Positions 14,232 to 17,975 of a stretch of DNA of 17,975 nt are shown here, in pieces. The translations under genes were made by a program, and so were the position numbers. Within the stretch, counting starts at the first letter, position 1. The number at the start of each line of letters is the position of its first letter. The DNA comes from Patescibacteria group bacterium (GTDB lineage Bacteria > Patescibacteriota > Patescibacteriia > Magasanikbacterales > GWA2-37-8): the NCBI GenBank assembly GCA_004321885.1, contig SCQK01000003.1, positions 1 to 17,975 on the forward strand, given 5' to 3'. The notes below the pieces were generated by a model. That model did not search any database, was not told the origin of the DNA, and saw only the letters and a program-made list of their open reading frames with translations.

Positions 14232-15350
14232 ATGATAAAAAAAATCCTGTTTATCAGTTGTTCGGCCGGTTCGGGCCATATTAAAGCCGCCGAGGCCCTA
14301 CATCTGGCCTGTGCTAAAAAATACCCGCAAATCCAATCGTGGCACTTCAATATTTCCGACGACTGGAATTTTCTTCTGCGCCATTCAGTCACCACTCCTT
14401 ATGAATTCGCCTTAAAGCATTACCCGGCGCTTTTCGGCGCGGCCTACAAACTCACCGACAGCGCCCCCCTCACCAAGGCGGGCCAGCTCTTTAATTTTTT
14501 GCTCCGTTTCGGCGTGCAAAAACATTTGGATAAAATAAGCGAGTTCGGCCCGGAGGCCGTGGTCTATACCCACTTCATCCCGGCGCTGATGCTGTCTAAA
14601 TTTTTGGACGCGCCGCAATACATGCTCGTTACTGATTATTACGCGCACAAAATTTGGCGCGTGCCAAACATGAAAGCGTTTTTCGTGCCGACCGAAGAAA
14701 CCAAAAAAAGCATGGGCAAATTCGCGCCCGCTTGCGCGATTACCGGTTTACCAGTAAGCCCGGAATTCAAAAAAGTAAAACCCATCGCGGAGCTAAAAAC
14801 AAAACTGGGCCTGACAAACGACCAGCCGGTTGTTTTATTTATGCCGACGGTTCCCGGAAAAGTGGATATTGGGAAAGTGGTGCTGTCATTGCGAACGGAA
14901 CGAAGCGGAGTGAAGCAGTCCCCCGCGATTGCGGATGGGATTGCTTCGCCCTATCGGGCTCGCAATGACAAACAGCTAAACATTATTATTATCCTCGGAA
15001 AAAACCAAGGGGATATCGCGCCTTCTGAAAATTTACGGGTCATTAAGCCGGTCCCAAACATAGACGAATACATGCGCATTGCCGACGTCATCGTCACCAA
15101 AGCCGGGGGTATGAGCATTACCGAAATCGCCTATTTGCGCAAGCCAATGCTCATCATCAACCCTATTCCGGGCCAGGAAGAATACAACGCGAAAATTTTC
15201 TGCAAGCTTGGCTACTGCCTCGTTGCCCGCGACAACGACGAACTGGAAGCAAAAATAAAAGCCGCTCTAAGCGGCCAACTTTTCTTCAAGGCGCCGCCGC
15301 TACAGGATGCGGCGGAAAAAATTTTGAACACGATTTTTGGGCAGGGGTAA
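14232..15350 (+). CDS. GT28-family glycosyltransferase of the MGDG-synthase/UgtP (diacylglycerol glycosyltransferase) type
   Basis: N-terminal ILFISCSAGSGHIKAAEAL (cf. UgtP LILTANYGNGHVQVAKTL), central MLVTDYYAHKIWRVPNMKAFFVPTEE, and C-terminal VTKAGGMSITEIAYLRKPMLIINPIPGQEEYNA (cf. [33 protein letters not shown]). Confidence 0.75.
   Translation: MIKKILFISCSAGSGHIKAAEALHLACAKKYPQIQSWHFNISDDWNFLLRHSVTTPYEFALKHYPALFGAAYKLTDSAPLTKAGQLFNFLLRFGVQKHLDKISEFGPEAVVYTHFIPALMLSKFLDAPQYMLVTDYYAHKIWRVPNMKAFFVPTEETKKSMGKFAPACAITGLPVSPEFKKVKPIAELKTKLGLTNDQPVVLFMPTVPGKVDIGKVVLSLRTERSGVKQSPAIADGIASPYRARNDKQLNIIIILGKNQGDIAPSENLRVIKPVPNIDEYMRIADVIVTKAGGMSITEIAYLRKPMLIINPIPGQEEYNAKIFCKLGYCLVARDNDELEAKIKAALSGQLFFKAPPLQDAAEKILNTIFGQG
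14884..14970. repeat. 87-bp element bounded by 11-bp inverted repeats TGTCATTGCGA/TCGCAATGACA, inserted in-frame within the glycosyltransferase CDS
   Basis: Its ends share TGTCATT/AATGACA with family A. It is 87 bp (29 codons), encoding LSLRTERSGVKQSPAIADGIASPYRARND in the inter-domain loop. That loop is about 21 aa longer than the same loop in UgtP. Confidence 0.5.
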
Positions 15351-15354
15351 ATTC

Positions 15355-15822
15355 CTATTGCCTTCTCTCGTCCAGCCCCTGACTCTCGGGCTGGTAATTG
15401 GGCTGGATATAGACGCCTGACTGATTGATGTCTTCGTAGCGGTTTAGCGCCAGCTTGATGGCAAATGTGGTGATGGACCAGGCGGCCAAAATAATAATGA
15501 GCCCGATGACAGAATTAAACATCCATTTTTTCGCTTTAGTCACCTGCTCGTCGTTGCCCCCGGCCGTCATCCACAAAACTCCGGCATAGATGATAATGAC
15601 AACCATGAGCAGTCCCACCAGGCTCAACATAATGCGAATCATTCCGGCCGCGGTGATGCGCGGGTCCACTGGTTCGCCATAGCCCGCGCCTTTTTGGCCG
15701 CCGGCGGCCTGAAACTGGTTGCTGATATCCGCGCCCACGCTTTTATTTACGTCCGCGCTAAAAACAGGCGCCGCGAAAGCGAAGAGGGAAACGAGGAATA
15801 GTAAAATAATTATTTTACGCAT
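15355..15822 (-). CDS. VirB2/TrbC-like pilin family protein (paralog 1 of the tandem array)
   Basis: Signal peptide MRKIIILLFLVSLFAFAAPVFSA, then core LSLVGLLMVVIIIYAGVLWMTAGGNDEQVTKAKKWMFNSVIGLIIILAAWSI. Polar C-terminal tail with no Cys. Start is moved to the ATG at 15822, which overlaps the upstream stop as TGAtATG. Confidence 0.75.
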   Translation of the reverse strand: MRKIIILLFLVSLFAFAAPVFSADVNKSVGADISNQFQAAGGQKGAGYGEPVDPRITAAGMIRIMLSLVGLLMVVIIIYAGVLWMTAGGNDEQVTKAKKWMFNSVIGLIIILAAWSITTFAIKLALNRYEDINQSGVYIQPNYQPESQGLDERRQ

Positions 15823-15823
15823 A

Positions 15824-16339
15824 TCACCACAAATTGCTCCAAAAATTCTTGGCCGAGCCGGTAAAGCCCTTGCCAAAACCCTGCCAAAATCCGCCGGTCT
15901 GGGCCCCGGCGCTTTGGCCCACCTGCCCGGCGCCGGGCTCGGTGACCCGAAACACGCCCATTAAAATAAAGGCGGTCAGGCTATAGGCCGCCACCACGAT
16001 AATCAGGCCGACAACCGAAGAGCGGATAATTTTTTGCGCCTTTTCTACGCGCTCGTCATTGCCCCCGGCTGTCATCCACAAAATGCCAGCGTAGACAGTC
16101 AGTATCAAAAAAACAGTGCCTGTGAGCGACAAAATCACCCGAATTATCCGGCCTACATTTTCGGACAAGGTGGTGTCTGTCACGTTTGTTTCAAAACCGC
16201 CGGTGCCGGCCACATTGGAAGCCATCCCGCCCGGGCCAATGCCGATATCGGGCGCGGCCAAGACCATCGTGACGGATAAAAAGAATAGAGAATAGAGAAT
16301 AGAGAATAGAGAGACGAAGAAAATAATATAATTTTTCAT
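15824..16339 (-). CDS. VirB2/TrbC-like pilin family protein (paralog 2) with a Gly/aromatic-rich C-terminal tail
   Basis: MKNYIIFFVSLFSILYSLFFLS signal peptide, encoded by 4x GAATAGA. Core LSLTGTVFLILTVYAGILWMTAGGNDERVEKAQKIIRSSVVGLIIVVAAYSL. Start is at the ATG at 16339; the listed ORF start at 16447 is an upstream extension. Confidence 0.75.
   Translation of the reverse strand: MKNYIIFFVSLFSILYSLFFLSVTMVLAAPDIGIGPGGMASNVAGTGGFETNVTDTTLSENVGRIIRVILSLTGTVFLILTVYAGILWMTAGGNDERVEKAQKIIRSSVVGLIIVVAAYSLTAFILMGVFRVTEPGAGQVGQSAGAQTGGFWQGFGKGFTGSAKNFWSNLW
16283..16310. repeat. 4 perfect tandem copies of the heptanucleotide GAATAGA within the signal-peptide coding region
   Basis: 16283-16289, 16290-16296, 16297-16303 and 16304-16310 are identical. 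On the coding strand, (TCTATTC)4 encodes SILYSLFSI. Confidence 0.9.
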
Positions 16340-16343
16340 AATG

Positions 16344-16907
16344 CTATAAGGGTGAGCAATCCTGCGCGCAACTACTAACCGGCTGTCCCTGACAAGTGGA
16401 GGGACTTTGGCCGACATAACAAGTTCTACTTTCGAAAACGCCTCCATTAATTTTTACAACACAACAACCAGCATCATTTTGTGAACCGCTTGTCTGCTGA
16501 TTTTGTTGCTGTGACGCTGCGCCGCCGGATGAATTACTCCCGCCCATCTTCGTGGTCACAAAATACGTAATCGCGTAAGCCGACAAAGTGATAAACAAAC
16601 CGATAATGCAGGCCTTGATTATCTTATGCGCTTTTTCCACTTTTTCCTGCTCGCCCTGGGCCGTCATCCAAAGAATGCCGGCATAAACCATTAAAATCAA
16701 AAATAAAGTGCCCACCAGCGACAAAGCGGTTTTAACCACCGTGCCCACCGTGGTGGAAAGCTCTTTTTCCAGGCCAACGTCTCCGACCGCGTTGTCCAAA
16801 GTTTTCATGGCATTGCCCAATCCCTTTTGCGCCAGAGCATCGCCGGACAAAAAGAATAGCGAATAGAGAATAGGGAATAGAGAAACGAGGAAAATAATTT
16901 TTTTCAT
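16344..16907 (-). CDS. VirB2/TrbC-like pilin family protein (paralog 3) with a Cys-rich C-terminal domain
   Basis: MKKIIFLVSLFPILYSLFFLS signal, core LSLVGTLFLILMVYAGILWMTAQGEQEKVEKAHKIIKACIIGLFITLSAYAI. A Ser/Gln-rich linker leads to a tail with 6 Cys (CCVVKINGGVFESRTCYVGQSPSTCQGQPVSSCAQDC). Confidence 0.75.
   Translation of the reverse strand: MKKIIFLVSLFPILYSLFFLSGDALAQKGLGNAMKTLDNAVGDVGLEKELSTTVGTVVKTALSLVGTLFLILMVYAGILWMTAQGEQEKVEKAHKIIKACIIGLFITLSAYAITYFVTTKMGGSNSSGGAASQQQNQQTSGSQNDAGCCVVKINGGVFESRTCYVGQSPSTCQGQPVSSCAQDCSPL
16854..16881. repeat. degenerate heptanucleotide tract (GAATAGC GAATAGA GAATAGG GAATAGA) in the signal-peptide coding region
   Basis: Same position and register as 16283-16310 in the adjacent paralog. 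The two flanking ~60-bp gene 5' ends are about 85% identical. Confidence 0.8.
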
Positions 16908-16926
16908 ACATATACCCCTCTCATTG

Positions 16927-16948
16927 CCCCTCCCTTAAAAGGGGGGGG
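16927..16948. repeat. family B hairpin CCCCTCCC-TTAAAA-GGGGGGGG upstream of pilin paralog 3; contains a G8 tract
   Basis: G8 tract at 16941-16948. Lies 20-40 nt upstream of the ATG at 16907. Confidence 0.55.
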
Positions 16949-16970
16949 ATAAAGGGTGAGGTTTTAAAAA

Positions 16971-17564
16971 TCATTCATGACAACACACATTATCAACGCC
17001 GCCCGGACATAAACCCGACTCTTTAACTTTTGGCGGTAAACAGCTGGCGGCAGGGCCGCAAGAGCCAGTGGAAGAATACTCGCATTTCGTAATACAATTG
17101 CCACTTCTACAAACACTATTGTCACCGCATTTTGTATTATCGTTCTGTCCTTGGCAAGACGCCACTTGCCCTCCCGCGCCGCTCCCCCCGCCACCCCCCA
17201 CCAGATTGGTAAACACAAAGCGCGTAATGGCGTAGGCGGCCAAAACTATCACCAAGCCGATTATCGCCGTTTCCATTATCTCCTTACCCTTCTCCGCTTT
17301 TTCCGGCTTACCCAAGGCTGTCATCCACAACACGCCGGCGTACAGAATAAGCCCGAAAAAAATAATGCCGATGAGCCCCAGGCCCACGCCGATAATGTCG
17401 CCGATAAGTACCGGCACTGTTTTTTGGCTGATGGGCAGTTTGGAAAGCTCGGCGTTGTCGGCCGCGGTCTTTAAGCCGTATTTATCCTGCGCCAAAACAG
17501 CGGCGGCGGATAGAAGGCCGGTGATCAGCACAAAAATAAGGATTATTTTTTTTGTCAGTGACAT
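16971..17564 (-). CDS. VirB2/TrbC-like pilin family protein (paralog 4) with a Cys-rich C-terminal domain
   Basis: MSLTKKIILIFVLITGLLSAAAVLAQ signal, core IIGVGLGLIGIIFFGLILYAGVLWMTALGKPEKAEKGKEIMETAIIGLVIVLAAYAI. A Gly-rich linker leads to a tail with 10 Cys (…CQGQNDNTKCGDNSVCRSGNCITKCEYSSTGSCGPAASCLPPKVKESGLCPGGVDNVCCHE). Start is at the ATG at 17564; the listed ORF to 17696 runs through leader repeats. Confidence 0.75.
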   Translation of the reverse strand: MSLTKKIILIFVLITGLLSAAAVLAQDKYGLKTAADNAELSKLPISQKTVPVLIGDIIGVGLGLIGIIFFGLILYAGVLWMTALGKPEKAEKGKEIMETAIIGLVIVLAAYAITRFVFTNLVGGGGGSGAGGQVASCQGQNDNTKCGDNSVCRSGNCITKCEYSSTGSCGPAASCLPPKVKESGLCPGGVDNVCCHE

Positions 17565-17576
17565 AGTTATACGTTG

Positions 17577-17661
17577 GCTCCATAGTCCCCGCAGGGGCTG
17601 TGGAGCCAGCTTGCAACTTGCAACACGGCTCCACAGTCCGCCTTTGGCGGAACTATGGAGC
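17577..17661. repeat. family D hairpins (GGCTCCAYAG ... CTRTGGAGCC) plus direct repeat CTTGCAA x2 in the pilin leader
   Basis: 17577-17608 GGCTCCATAG-TCCCCGCAGGGG-CTGTGGAGCC and 17626-17661 GGCTCCACAGT-CCGCCTTTGGCGG-AACTATGGAGCC. Confidence 0.75.
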
Positions 17662-17678
17662 CACCCGTGAAAGTATTT

Positions 17679-17777
17679 CCCTACAGAGGGTTGCACGCGC
17701 GACCCCGACTGTGGATTCCTGCTTTCGCAGGAATGACAGTTGAAACAGGAACGCGCGCGCGAACCCTCTGTAGAGGG
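17679..17777. repeat. nested palindromic element: outer IR CCCTACAGAGGGTT..CGCGCG / CGCGCGCG..AACCCTCTGTAGAGGG around a family-A core (17713-17738)
   Basis: The core GGATTCCTGCTTTCGCAGGAATGACA is identical to 2454-2479. The outer arms are about 22 bp. Confidence 0.75.
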
Positions 17778-17790
17778 TTCCCATATTAAA

Positions 17791-17975
17791 CTAAGGCGTA
17801 ACAGGCGTGCCTCCGGCTCCGGTTGTCGCCGAAACCAAAGACTTCAGCACAAAGTTGGCCAAGGCGTAAGCCGCGAAAATAATAATCAGACCGATAATGC
17901 CCGAGAAAATCCATTTCTTGCCCTGGGTAACTTTCTCGTCATTGCCGCCGGCCGTCATCCAGGTAAAGCCGCCGA
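17791..17975 (-). CDS. VirB2/TrbC-like pilin family protein (paralog 5), N-terminus beyond the window
   Basis: The minus-strand frame gives GGFTWMTAGGNDEKVTQGKKWIFSGIIGLIIIFAAYALANFVLKSLVSATTGAGGTPVTP* with a TAG stop at 17791-17793. No start lies in the window, so it is absent from the ORF track. Confidence 0.7.
   Translation of the reverse strand, partial: GGFTWMTAGGNDEKVTQGKKWIFSGIIGLIIIFAAYALANFVLKSLVSATTGAGGTPVTP

Noticed and set aside
16283-16310. Short tandem repeats as a possible CRISPR or minisatellite array
   Set aside because: Units are 7 bp with no spacers, and they lie inside a coding region where they encode the hydrophobic signal-peptide core. They are interpreted as a coding SSR instead.
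15824-17696. Listed ORF N-terminal extensions (16340-16447 and 17565-17696) upstream of the pilin signal peptides
   Set aside because: Internal ATGs (16339, 17564) give canonical signal peptides aligned with the paralogs. The extensions run through stop-start junctions and leader palindromes and are not conserved between paralogs.

Overview
This 18-kb window is mostly gene-dense, with moderate GC. Three things stand out: a conserved polyamine/methylthioadenosine (MTA)-salvage block, an rpsO-NYN-pnp block, and an accessory right-hand end. Gene content and the tandem VirB2/TrbC-like pilins are reminiscent of a Patescibacteria (CPR)-type genome, but I cannot verify taxonomy without searches.

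Left end: the 3' end of an IS3/IS481-type transposase gene sits at 1-108. It is followed by an unknown 174-aa gene and an AAA_14/DUF4143-type ATPase. An unknown two-gene operon follows: a cytoplasmic protein with a possible L,D-transpeptidase-like C-terminus, plus a membrane-anchored protein. After that comes a truncated DinD/RhuM-like remnant ending at a 78-bp perfect palindrome.

Middle: deoxyhypusine synthase lies divergent from the operon N-carbamoylputrescine amidase, agmatine deiminase, adenine phosphoribosyltransferase (apt), MTA phosphorylase (mtnP). PNPase (pnp) carries an RGG-rich tail. An NYN-domain gene sits between rpsO and pnp.

Right end: one VirB2/TrbC-like pilin gene, then tRNA-Arg(TCT), a GC-rich 61-aa ORF with a strong SD and a terminator, then tRNA-His(GTG) with the G-1 base encoded. 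A GT28 (MGDG-synthase/UgtP-like) glycosyltransferase follows, carrying an 87-bp inverted-repeat-bounded in-frame insert. Last is a tandem array of five more VirB2/TrbC-like pilin paralogs. Their C-terminal tails vary, and two are Cys-rich.

Two adjacent pilin genes carry four tandem heptanucleotide repeats (GAATAGA) inside their signal-peptide coding region. That is a classic contingency-locus architecture for slipped-strand ON/OFF phase variation. Together with the variable-tail pilin array, I consider it the most interesting candidate system here.

The intergenic DNA carries at least four short palindromic repeat families. Family A has a GATTCC...GGAATGACA core, sometimes nested inside GGGTCTGTCGCC terminal inverted repeats. 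Family B hairpins (CCTCCCC-loop-GGGGAGG) hold the SD at four gene starts and also follow both tRNAs. Family C is CGGCTTTTGGCAAG-N4-AGTTATGCACA. Family D is GGCTCCAYAG hairpins. Some copies overlap a start codon, abut a stop codon, or lie inside a CDS.

All calls come from reading the sequence and recalling family motifs. No database searches were run.
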